This document shows positions 53,801 to 64,000 of a stretch of DNA of 64,000 bases, in pieces; position 1 is the stretch's first letter, and each line of letters starts with the position of its first letter. A program made the translations under genes and the position numbers. The stretch comes from Vermamoeba vermiformis (lineage: Eukaryota), in assembly GCA_045837725.1 (NCBI GenBank), contig JBEWZL010000132.1, positions 62,001 to 126,000 of the forward strand. The letters run 5' to 3'. The notes beneath the pieces are model-generated. The model did not search any database and was not told the DNA's origin. It saw only the letters and a list, made by a program, of their open reading frames with translations.

Positions 53801-54412
53801 TTCTGTTTCTTTTAGTTCTGCTGAGGAGGATGCCAAACACCAGTTTATGCACGAAACTGACGTTACTGTGGCATCGATTTATGATGTTAATGCTGATTCT
53901 TGTAAGTTTCTCTTCATATTTTTATGGATCTAATCTTTTTTTTGTTGTAGGGGATGTTAAGCTCGCCAAGTTTTCAAAATGGCTTTTGCAATATGGTATA
54001 TTCAACAAAGATTATATGGACAATGGCAAAACGTCTGGTGGCTCAACAGCACTGCACTTATATTTTTTTTACCGTATGTACAGTGTACACCGCACACAAC
54101 TGTCACTCACTACTTTTAGTGTTATCTGCCTTCAGGGACCACGTACTTCCCACTCCTGCTGAAAAGCGTGCTACTTTGCTTTCTGCAGGTATTACAGAAG
54201 ACAATCATAAGCACTACACTCTACTGTGCCACGACATGACACTTGAAGGAAATCCTCTGGTGCACCGCCCCACTGCCTTTACAAAGAAGACTATTACTTC
54301 TGTTCATCGCTGGTTAGTGCAGTACTCATTGATCAGAATTTCTCATGAGCCTGGTGCCAAAAGAAATAGGGTGTTTGTATGTATACCACCTTTGCGTCCG
54401 ATTTGGCAATAA
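50815..54412 (+). CDS. Transposon accessory protein: NLS, tandem 32-aa repeats, BAH-like domain, Lys-rich tract, C-terminal globular domain
   Basis: MQTRLRAR..KKRARD..KRQK first exon; NDIVAVLGEDNEIWFAKVVK..LTVSWY; KKNKNKAKKKKSKKK; final exon ends CIPPLRPIWQ* just before the TIR. Confidence 0.7.
51093..52510 (+). repeat. Tandem array of about 10 x 142-bp exon+intron units
   Basis: GTAAG(TGTAAATCTGATC)-type donors at 51172, 51313, 51455, 51596, 51738, 51881, 52037, 52179, 52321 and 52463. Confidence 0.9.
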
Positions 54413-54439
54413 AACCTGTTTTACGTTTATTTGGTGCAA

Positions 54440-54515
54440 ATTTTTTATTGTTGGTGTCAGGTGTACACTGTACACCACGAAAACGGGATATTTCTCAAAT
54501 CGTTAAAAGTTCCCC
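54440..54515 (-). repeat. Right TIR of MULE-like element
   Basis: Reverse complement reads GGGGAACTTTTAACGATTTGAGAAATATCCC...TGTACAGTGTACACCTGACACC. Confidence 0.88.
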
Positions 54516-57500
54516 CCTCCTATTATTATATGAGAGTTTGTATTTCTGTCGATAATTTTATCGATCTTTTTAAGAAAGCGTTCGTAGAATGCTTTCTTTT
54601 CGGTTTTATTTGACGTTGCCGGACCGTAAACATTTACTATTGCAAGCGTCTCTTTATTTACTTCAATGATCAAGATTATGAAACGCTTGTATTTATCTTT
54701 GATGATCTCTTTAATAAATGGTTTCCATTTTACATTGAAAGCAATTGCGATCCCGTGTTTACCATTTTTTGGCGGGTTGATCCAGTTGATGCGGTCTTCT
54801 TTCTCGGTTTCGTTTATGGTAGTATCATTCATAATCTTTTTTATTAGTTTTTCTTTTCTCTCTTGGACGATGTCTTTCGTAGTGCGATTGTTCCACTCAA
54901 TTGCAACTTCATTGTGTATTTGTTTTCTACACAGGTAGTCTTCGGCAGTAATTTTCGTTTCTTGAATGAGATAAAAATCAATTTCATTGTTCCTTATAGC
55001 TTCGACGATATCTTGTAGTTTGTCTTCGGCACCTCCGTTGATATTTTTCGAAATTAGTCTAATATTATGTTTATGATCTTCAGGGAAATACCACGCATCT
55101 TCTTTTTCGTCCTTATCATCGTAGTCATGCGGTAGCAGTTCAATTTCGCTGTCATTTTCCGGATGTGACCATTGGATCTGAAACTTAAACGGGCTTTTTT
55201 CTTCCATAATTCTGCCTTCGTAGTATTGATCACTGAATTTTATTTTCACTTGTTTACCAAGCCATGTTTTTGTGTCGGGATTGGGATAGGATATTTGCGG
55301 ATCGCCTCCGATTAAGCCAATCTCGGCTTTTAAACAGACTTGGTTGTTAGTGATATCTATGGTGCTATTCATATTAGTTATCATCTTACCATCTTTGAAT
55401 AATTTAATGCATTCCGGTGGTAAGTTAATTCTTTTTGAGCATTCATTACAGATCTCCTGTATCGCGATCTTTGTGTAATGCGTTTTAATATTAATCTCCT
55501 CGTTGTCAAGTGCTACTTTAATATTATTTCCAATTTTTTCGCTACTTTGTTTAGGGTTCTCGGCGCGTTGGGGCTTTGTCTGCTGGTTTCGAGATGGATC
55601 TTTAAGTTTTGGTCGTAATTTTGGTTTTATTTGTGAGTGGTATATTGTCGGTATTATAATAGTGTTTTTCGATAGTGTTATAAGTATATATAATACCTTT
55701 AGACTCAGTCGTCTATAATTTTTTTTGGATCGTGGTTTAACAATTGTGATAATTAATATGCAATTTATTTCGTTTATAAATGTTATTATTAAAGTGATAC
55801 ATGCGGTGAATAAGATTATAATTATTAATATTTTAAGTGTCGAGGTGTGTTCGTTTTCATTTTCTCTTCTCGGCGATCTTTCGTGCAATCTAAATAGTTC
55901 TATAATTAGCGTACACACTATTACTATTTGGTATGTCTTATTTACCGATTCAGCGTATTCTCTTGGTGTGAAAATATCGAAAATGTGGCCACGGGTGAAT
56001 CCGATCTTTCTGTGGAAACGTTTGATTGTCGCGACGTCCATCTCACTGTCACAGTGTACTTGTACGTACTCTCCTTTGCGTAGGCCGTCCGATTTTGGTA
56101 TATATACTCGTACTACTTGCGTTTTTGTCTTCGAGATTTGGCCTTCTAAGAATATTTTCAATTTGCTTGCTTTGATGTTGTATGCTAATTTTGGTGGAAT
56201 TGGGCCCATCCATAACGTTAGATTTTTGGGATGACTGATCTCGAGTGAGTATTTTGTGCCGTTGATGATGATCGATGTACCGTTGGTTGGTATTATCTTA
56301 TCAAGTTGTTGTTCGTCTGCATCGAACACAATTAAGCACTTCTCTCTTGTAGCGTTGAAATCGTCGAGAAACCATTTGAAATACGGTTTGGTGGGGAGCT
56401 TAGTTTGAACTTGTTGCTGTACTTCGTTTCTATGTCCTAATGGTACTGATATAATAATCGCTGCTCGATCAAGGACTATCGCTTCTCCTCTTGGTGGTTC
56501 TGTGATAATTGTATGTCCAATCGGGATAAGAGATCTGATCTCAGTTCTCGCTTGTTCGGAGAAGGCACACCAGTAGGTAGTTTTGATATTGTTCATAAGG
56601 ACTGTGACGCTGCGACTTATGTCGATTTTGTTTTCGATGTTGCGGATTCTTGAGTTGATCGTGGTTAGTTGGGACTGTGAGATTTGTTGAGCTCCGATCC
56701 AGAAATCATTGTCATCATCTCCGATTGAGAGGAAGTCAAGTAATGTTTGTTCTTCCATGTCGATGTCGTTATCGTTCGTTGTTTTTTCGGTTATTCCATT
56801 CGTGTTGTTTTCTAGTTGGGATCCGTTGTTGGGCAGATGCGTAGTTAAAGGAGGCTTAGTAGTGTTATTGTTGTTGTTGATAACTTCTTGGTTGGTTTGT
56901 TCAGTATATTGTGCGTTGTGTTCTTTTGGTTCGTTGCTTGTTACTTCGATCTCTTGATCGGGTGCATCGAGTGTCTGGATGACGTTGTTGTTGTTGTTTG
57001 GAGCTCCTATGTTGTTTTCATGGTCATTATAGAAGTTCATTATTTCTGAAACGATATTGGTTGTCTCTTCGACTGATGCGTCTTCGATCTCATCGTGGAT
57101 GTTTCCTCCTTCCGTTGATGGTGTTGTGAATTGGTTTACGTTGAGCGCTGCTTTAAACCGTTTATTGGGAGATGAGCAATTTGAGCTCGGGTTGCTTCTT
57201 TTGCTCATTAGTACAGTTTGAGAATAAATTAGATTTAAGATCAGCTTACTATTTATATTTTTTTGTTCACCTCTCTTGTGATTAGTTATATCGCCTATGA
57301 GCTTTATTTCTGTGTTTCTTTCTTTTTGTGATGTTGTGTTGGTGTAAGTTTCGATCGATGTTTCAGGATGTGTTCGTGTTCGGGCCGTTTGTGCTTCTAG
57401 AAGGTTTTCCGTTTGTGTTAAGCTGATACGATGGCTTAGTAGTGATCCATTTATTATCGTAGGGGTGATTATAAGACATATTTTGGGTGTAATTTTGGGA

Positions 57501-57820
57501 TCGGGTTCAGATGAGATTGGTTCAGGAAATTTTTGTTTATTTATGTTTAGAGTAATATACATTAGCAGAATAATTAAGAGTGTTTTTAAATTGTATATCG
57601 TGTTTTTCCAGTTCTTTAGGCAGTTTGAAACTGCGGGGCCAATGTTTTTTAGAGTGCTTTGGCGTGCACGGTTATGTTTATATTTGAGTCTTACTTGTAA
57701 TAGTTTTTTGCGTGGAATTTGTGTTTTCGGAATGTTATTTTTTTGGATTTGTTTCGGATTTTGTGGGCTAGTATCATGTGTGGATAATAGGTCTATTAAC
57801 AATATAAATATAGCAAGCAT
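54516..57820 (-). CDS. Retrotransposon polyprotein, 5' part: hydrophobic leader, RRM-like, TM segments, ubiquitin-like, Tudor-like, N-half of APE
   Basis: First in-frame ATG at 57820, 52 nt from the element 5' end; stop-free to IIIGG; SKNING, LIQETK, GIAI and IVNVYGP APE motifs. Confidence 0.85.
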
Positions 57821-58027
57821 TTTTGTTTGTCGTATATTCTCTCCTCTCGTCTCTCTCCTATGCCGGTCATCCGGGGAATTAAAGTTTACTGGGCAGCGCA
57901 GCTTTTGTGTTTGATTCTCCGAAGGATTTTCTCGGAGAAAAAAAGAAATCTCCCGTGGAGGATCTCGCTCGAAAACTATCACTACAAATTTTGATTTACA
58001 CAAATAGAGCATCTGTGTATATCAAGA

Positions 58028-58978
58028 TGAGTAACGGCACGGAAGTAAAGCAATTGCAAGAGCAGATCGCACTTTCAAAACAAGAGAACAAACAGTTACG
58101 AGATACGCTCGAGCAACTCGCGGTAATAATTAAAATGTCTATTATACAATTTTTTAACATATTTTTGCAGGCAAGGAAACTATTGGCAGATTATTCTTTA
58201 GGTATAAACTCAATTCAATGATTTTAATTGAATTATTTTTAAACGTGAATTAATTTGTACCGCCTTACAGTTACAGATAAACGCGCCATTCCTTGCGGAT
58301 TATCAGCTGTACATATTGTAATTCGAAATGGCAAGCAATGTAATTTAGCAACAAAATGTATCGTTCAAGACGATCCAGTGCACGAAGATCTCGTCAAAGT
58401 TGAAGGCCAAAGTAAGAAATTTTATTAATTTAATGCAACAATACTAATTTAAAATATTAGTGTTTCGAGTATGGAGTCCATTTCGCAGCAAATTAGCTGC
58501 AGCCATAATCACCGCTAAAATGAGCAAGTTACCGTTGCATGCGGGCAACAAAATTATGATGATTGGTGGATTGCAAGACACCGCGCATTTGTCAGATATT
58601 GTACAAAAACACGGATTTGTATATTGCGTCAAAAGTGGACTGCCGTTATCAATGCACAAAAATTTATCAAAGAGATCCAACGTAGCGCTAATAGACGAAG
58701 ACAGCCGATATCCAGAACGATATAAAAGTGAAGTGAAGCATCAAATAGACACTATTATAGCCGATATTGGTGATGCGAACGGAATCGATAGTTTTGGCGC
58801 GAATATAAGACAATTTTTGAAAGCCAGTACGAGGTTTTTTGTCGTGATCAGATCGAGCGAAGAACAAAAAATGAAAGAAGAGTTAACGAAGCGACATTAT
58901 TGTAATATAGAAGACGTACTATCATTAACTCCTTTCGATGAGGATTACAAGCTATTTATGGGCACTATTACGAAATAA
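58028..58978 (+). CDS. Divergent fibrillarin-like protein with N-terminal coiled coil and no GAR domain
   Basis: RVWSPFRSKLAAAI, HLSDIV..GFVYCV, EDSRYPERY, IDTIIADI, FLK and LSLTPFD align by eye with the fibrillarin MTase core. Confidence 0.8.
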
Positions 58979-59047
58979 AATTGATAAAAATTCATCTCCA
59001 GTACGCGATCACTCATTTGAACTTCAGAACCAAGACTGAACACCACA

Positions 59048-61524
59048 ATGAGCTTATCTGCGAAGGAGGCATTCGAAATACTTCAGAACAAGCTTGGGAC
59101 TACTCAAGGTAAGCCATGAAAGATAAACTAAGCCCGATCTAACTTATACGCAGACTTTATCGCCGCTGCAGAGACTATTCTTAGGCTAATCGAAGTGGCG
59201 CTGAATAAGAACGACAAGTTAGAAGGAGAATATTTGAAGAAGTTGCTTTATGGCTTCAGTCTCATCGCCGAAACAATTCCTGAAGGAATCCGCAACGACG
59301 GCTATCAGATCCATTTCATGTGGCGCGAACAGTTGATGAAGCTATCGAATACACCTCAAATAGTTAAAAGGTAATATTCCAAATAATTTCTTACTCATTC
59401 TAAATGAAATTTTCAGTCTCGAAGTCGGATCGTTCAGCTCTTTACTTCGTCTCGTTATCTTTCATTGTAGTGTGGACTATAGCGAGGCTAAGACAATATT
59501 TTCTCTTCTATTCAAGATCTGCTCGCTCGATAACAAACAAAAAGTCGTCAAGTCCCTTCTTGCGATGAGTTTTCGCGCCGCTAGTTCGGATCCAAAACAG
59601 TTCAGCAGAATACTTCACATTCTTATTAACGAGTGCGGCGAGTCTCAAGTACGACACGGCATCATAGTTAGAGCAGTACTAGGCACGTTCTAATAGCTCA
59701 TAAACTGTTACTCATGTTACGCACTAGATCTGCTCACGATTGAAGTGCTTCTCTCGCCCGACAAGAAAAGACAACTAGTGGTCATATTTGATCAACTGAA
59801 GTTCGCTGCTCCGTGCGCCAAGTAAGTACTAAGCTGGCGTAACTATTAAACCTAACGTACTTTTACAGTGCCAATGACGTGAGCAAGAGACTGGCCATCA
59901 AACAATTTGAACTTGACGTGTTGGCTTTATTGCTTCAAAAGCTCGAAGAATTCACGGCACAAGAGAACATCAGCCTCGTCAATCAATCGACTGAATTCAT
60001 CGCTGCGGATCTCTTGCACAACGTCTTGTCCAAAGAATCCATGGTCACGTTCTGCGACAAGAGTAAGTGTTGGTAATATCAGAATCGATTGGTCTAAAGA
60101 CCATTTAGTCGTTGAAGAGTTGTGTTCTTCGCCCAACTTGACGGGAGCTCAAATGGATCTGCGAGTCAATTTCATTCGTCGCATGCGCGAGCCCTGTTTA
60201 AGACTTTATTACGAACAGGCGCTTCGAAAGCTGTACGACTTGGTTGTTTAACCAGCTTTATTGCTAGCTGTACAAACGGCATAAACTCACGAGGAGTTGG
60301 GATGCAATTCCGTTCACAATAGCTCTAGTGATATGTTAGCCCGTAGTGCCTTCTGACTTCAAGCCGCCACTGTCATTGCTGCATTAGAGATGTTGGTCCA
60401 TAGAAGAACGACATAACTTGATAAGCGCCAGGGGACCAGAGCATACTCGTACAACCAATCGCCTTGTGCGGCCGCACGACCGCTGGGCACACCTACTGAT
60501 TTTGCGAGTTTCGTGCCTCCTGTACGCAGCGAACCAATTGAAATGGTAGCAGGATTGAAAGAGACCGAAGCTTGGGCACTAGTTCTTCAGGAGTCGCGCG
60601 ATGTTGCTGAATGGTTTTTGCTTCGTTTGCACACCTACGTTTTGTTTTCATTTTTTTTCTGGCATTTTATCTCACGCTCAGAACGCACCACCACAAATGG
60701 AGAATTACGTAGAAGTATCCGTTATTAACTCATCTGCAGCACCACGAATAGGACAAATAATTGAAGAACACAAAGCATCGAAAGCGAAGCAACCACAAGA
60801 TAGTCAGACCACTTCAGTTTATCGCGTGCATTTTCCAGCCACAAAACCACTTTTTGACCTGCTGCAAAGCTTAAATTATCCGTACGAGAAGAATGCTTAC
60901 CGCGACATGTATTTAGATACTCGTCATTACGAGCTTGCACAACAAGGCCTCTGGTATAGAAAAAGATACAATTTCAATTACGAGAATGAGTTGTTTGAAG
61001 TTCTGGAAACATCGCTAAAACAAGGTCACTGCGAATCTGAAGACTTTTTGCCGATCTTGATCTCCTGCACCAAGCTACCAAAAGAAGATGTAAATCAGGA
61101 TAAGTTGTTACCACTTGCAGCATATACGTTTATGCGACACAGCTTTAAAACTGAATTTGGCTATTTGAGGATCGAAGAAGTATCGTTCAACCCAGATGTG
61201 GCTTACTTGCTTGCTACTGCAATAGTCGTAGACAAAGCAGAATTTGACACGTTTTATAAGCAACATAATTTAGTCGACGTTATGGCATTGGGTCCTGTAG
61301 CAACCAAAATTGTCGAGTGCATCCGGATTGTAAATACTACAAGACCAAAACAAGTTGAACCACTATGGAATGCCTTGCTGAAAAGTCGTGCCGTCCCTTC
61401 ACAGGATTGGTCCTCCGATATTTGCAGGTTCAACCCGCTTATCTTGGGATTTCCGATCTTGGACAATCATGCTTTTTGGAAACGAAAAGGAGATCTGATT
61501 CTTTCTCCTGAAGAAATTGATTAA
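59048..61524 (+). CDS. Helical-repeat N-terminus + CYTH/triphosphate tunnel-like domain protein
   Basis: Leu-rich helical exons 59048-60600; YRDMYLDTRHYELAQQGLWYRKR CYTH-like motif; gene boundaries uncertain. Confidence 0.5.
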
Positions 61525-61637
61525 CCGAATAAAGACAACTGACCAACTTATAGGATAGATGCGCTTGGTGCGAGGGTCTATACTAAAAGACGAATAAACG
61601 ATCCATTTGTTGGAAGTAAATTTTACTTATTTACACT

Positions 61638-62669
61638 TTAATAATTATTATAGTTATAATAAGAGCGGCGCTTCATTCGTTGTTCAGCTTGCTTGACGTG
61701 TTCGCGCGCAAAGTCGATCATGTGCTCGTTGTACTGTGCTCGCTTGCCCTGTGATGCGTTAGTTATTTATTGTTATAATTACGATATATAGTAATTATCA
61801 CGTACTTCGAATGTGCACCCAAACACTGAGAACGGACACGTCATTTCGATTATTTGACATTCCTTGTCACGGTGATGATCTTCGCTTGATCGTGTAATTG
61901 ACTGTTTGCAATGGACACACTTCATTGGTAGTAGCGGACAAGTATAATCGAGATGTTCCTAATGAATATATTTTTTAAATTGCTTGTGGAATTGACAACT
62001 TACGTAATAGTCACTCAAAGCTACAGTCAATTTGCAGTACTGACATGCAATTGGTCTTCTTTTGCACAGAGTCGTTTGATGCTCTGCCAGACTCACTCGC
62101 GTTACTTGATAGCCGCAATCCAAGCTACAATCGGAGCAATTACTAAATATGGCAATATCCGAAAAAAAACTTACGAGCAATCAACATAAGCATATGGACA
62201 AGACCTATCTAAATGATCATTTATCGTTCCTCTGGTTAGTGCAACGTTACATCCGTATTTTAAGTTTGGACACTTTGCGGGAAGTTCATCCACCATTCTG
62301 GTTTGGATTTGCGTTAATTATAAAATAATAGTTTAATATTAAACTAACGCCATTTAATACCTTTGAATTGGAATATTTTTTGACAAATCTTGGGAATATA
62401 ATCGTTGACGACAAGAGGGACAAGTTCCTTTGTTGTTAATCCACTTCAATACACATTCTTGTTCGAAGTTAAGTAATTAGTAACAAAGATAAATTAATAA
62501 ATCAATAAAATTCTACGGGAAAACAGTGTGTCCGTTAGATTATTTATTTAATTTTTATTTTTTTCTCAGATGACAGCTTACCCTTGCAGTAGACCTGATG
62601 ACAACAAAATGTTTCATGAGCATTATTAAAATGATCTTGGCAAATGCCGCAATCTAAATTAGCAGACAT
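61638..62669 (-). CDS. RING + TRAF-type zinc finger protein
   Basis: CGICQD..CCHQVYCK|ECVLKW..CPSCR; CPNLKYGC; repeated CxxC..H..C fingers; CPFSVFGC. Confidence 0.85.
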
Positions 62670-63366
62670 CGTTGTTATTCAGCACGTGCTAATTACAAAA
62701 AAGAGCGCGTCATTTTCTGACATGCGATCTAAAAAAATTGAAGACAAGTATTTTGGTTCTCCAGAATTTATTACACGAAATAACTCATCTAACAATCGCA
62801 TCTCATTTGTAGTAAGATGATCGCGTTGTGAGCTGTGCTGTGATTGGTCCAATGAACTTGGTACGGTAGATTCGACTCAACTTGTCATTGGCATGGCCTA
62901 TAGTGTTCGTAGTTACTATTGTTCCAATGCTTCTCCATGGCCATTGTATGATCCGTTCCGACTGTAGCACTGTCAATCCATTCGGTGCTGTCGAAAGGCA
63001 GATCTGGTGCATCCAAAAAAAATTGTTTAAAAACTAACTGTGACTATTGATCCATAACGCAAAAGATGAGATAAAAGAGCTTTGACGCTCTGAGCAAATG
63101 TAAACTGCTGCCATTCATCGACTCGTTCAGCGTGATTTAACTCATATCCAATACATTTTTGTTGTGGTACTTGTCAGCGCTGAATTCGCGTGGAAATTTG
63201 CTCGTTGTGGATGATTTGTGACACAATTAATGGACCAATCACATTAATTAAGGTTGGCACGGGACAATGTGCCACATCCATCGTTCCGATCCGAAGTTCC
63301 AATAAGTATTAACCATAAGGTTATCACCCTATCATCTTCTAATATCATCTTTTGGCCCTTCACTTT

Positions 63367-64000
63367 CTATTGTTTCTCAGCTTCAGATCCGTCCATTTGC
63401 GCGATGACTTCAGTGACGACGTAATTGTGCGGATCCATCTGCATGTGCTCGTGCTGGCCTAGCACTCCCGTCACGTGATCGGCACCAGTCACGTGATGAT
63501 GTCCCACAACACCTCCCTGCATCATTCCATTCAAATTTTCATTCGTCAAGCCGTGCGGATGTGTCGTTGGATCAGACAGGTCATTGAAGGTACACTTGAT
63601 GAATACGTAGCCAGCGCACGAGTCCAAGTTCAGTATCCCCGAGTGCGCGGGAATAATGTTCTTGTCGAGCGTGAGTGTTTTCGTGAACGGCCGATTGTTC
63701 ATGAACAAGTTCTCGTGAGGCCATTGAAAGGCAATCTCTTGCGGCAAAGCGCAAGTGCCTTCGATGATCACTTGCCGCGTGCCTTCAATGAACTTGACAT
63801 TCAGTGTCTCGCGCACGAGGCCCGGTACTTGCGCGATAATTAGGAACGAGTCACTGTCTTCGCGGATCTCCGTTGGCGGGAAACTGTAATCGGCCGAAAA
63901 CTAATCAAGAACTAATTAGATAACCATTACAAATATGAACATATTAATATTGATGATATTGTACCTTTTTTTGTCGTTTTGGAGGAGGTCCAGCAGCGCT
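63367..64000 (-). CDS. 3' part of a gene with an HSP20/alpha-crystallin-like domain
   Basis: PTEIREDSDSFLIIAQVPGLVRETLNVKF..VIIEG..FTKTLTL; runs off the window. Confidence 0.55.

Larger units (their letters stand above)
48042..54515. mobile_element. Mutator-like (MULE) DNA transposon, two genes, nested in the retrotransposon
   Basis: TSD CCTCCTATTA at 48032-48041 and 54516-54525 (8-10 bp depending on end assignment); imperfect ~75-bp TIRs beginning GGG..GAACTTTTAA; DDE transposase with DxxH motif. Confidence 0.88.
43836..57872 (-). mobile_element. Full-length non-LTR retrotransposon (APE-RT-RNase H), about 7.55 kb excluding the nested element
   Basis: 16-bp TSD GGGGAATTAAAGTTTA at 43820-43835 and 57873-57888; 3' (CACATAA)n tail at 43836-43853; APE, RT, RNase H and CCHC motifs. 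Confidence 0.95.

Noticed and set aside
54516-57820. 2A/StopGo peptide in the LINE ORF
   Set aside because: No DxExNPGP; LKNIGP and GGDPQ do not fit
57821-58012. ORF-track start of the 1169-aa ORF at 58012
   Set aside because: It lies outside the TSD-defined element end (57872); the open frame through host flank is incidental
62803-63012. 69-aa minus-strand ORF
   Set aside because: No motifs; looks like intergenic or promoter sequence

Overview
Gene-dense, AT-rich eukaryotic (protist-like) DNA with short GT-AG introns. About 20 host genes are recognisable, including a P4-ATPase, two F-box/SPRY paralogs flanking two KCTD-type BTB genes, a C2-domain-fused bacterial-type alpha-2-macroglobulin, a VIT-VWA protein, a TALE homeobox gene, Vps33, a divergent fibrillarin and a RING-TRAF protein. 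The centrepiece is a 14-kb nested insertion at 43836-57872. It is a full-length non-LTR retrotransposon with a 16-bp TSD and a (CACATAA)n tail. Its single ~2460-aa ORF appears to read hydrophobic leader, RRM, TM segments, ubiquitin-like domain ending in LIGG, Tudor-like, APE, RT, RNase H, CCHC. This ORF is split inside the APE active-site motif by a 6.5-kb Mutator-like DNA transposon. The DNA transposon carries a transposase and a divergent accessory gene with a BAH-like domain and ~10 tandem exon-intron repeats. A 22-bp palindrome from its TIRs recurs in 7 of its own introns, suggestive of a VANC-like self-targeting or anti-silencing system. All domain calls are by eye from motifs; no searches were run.
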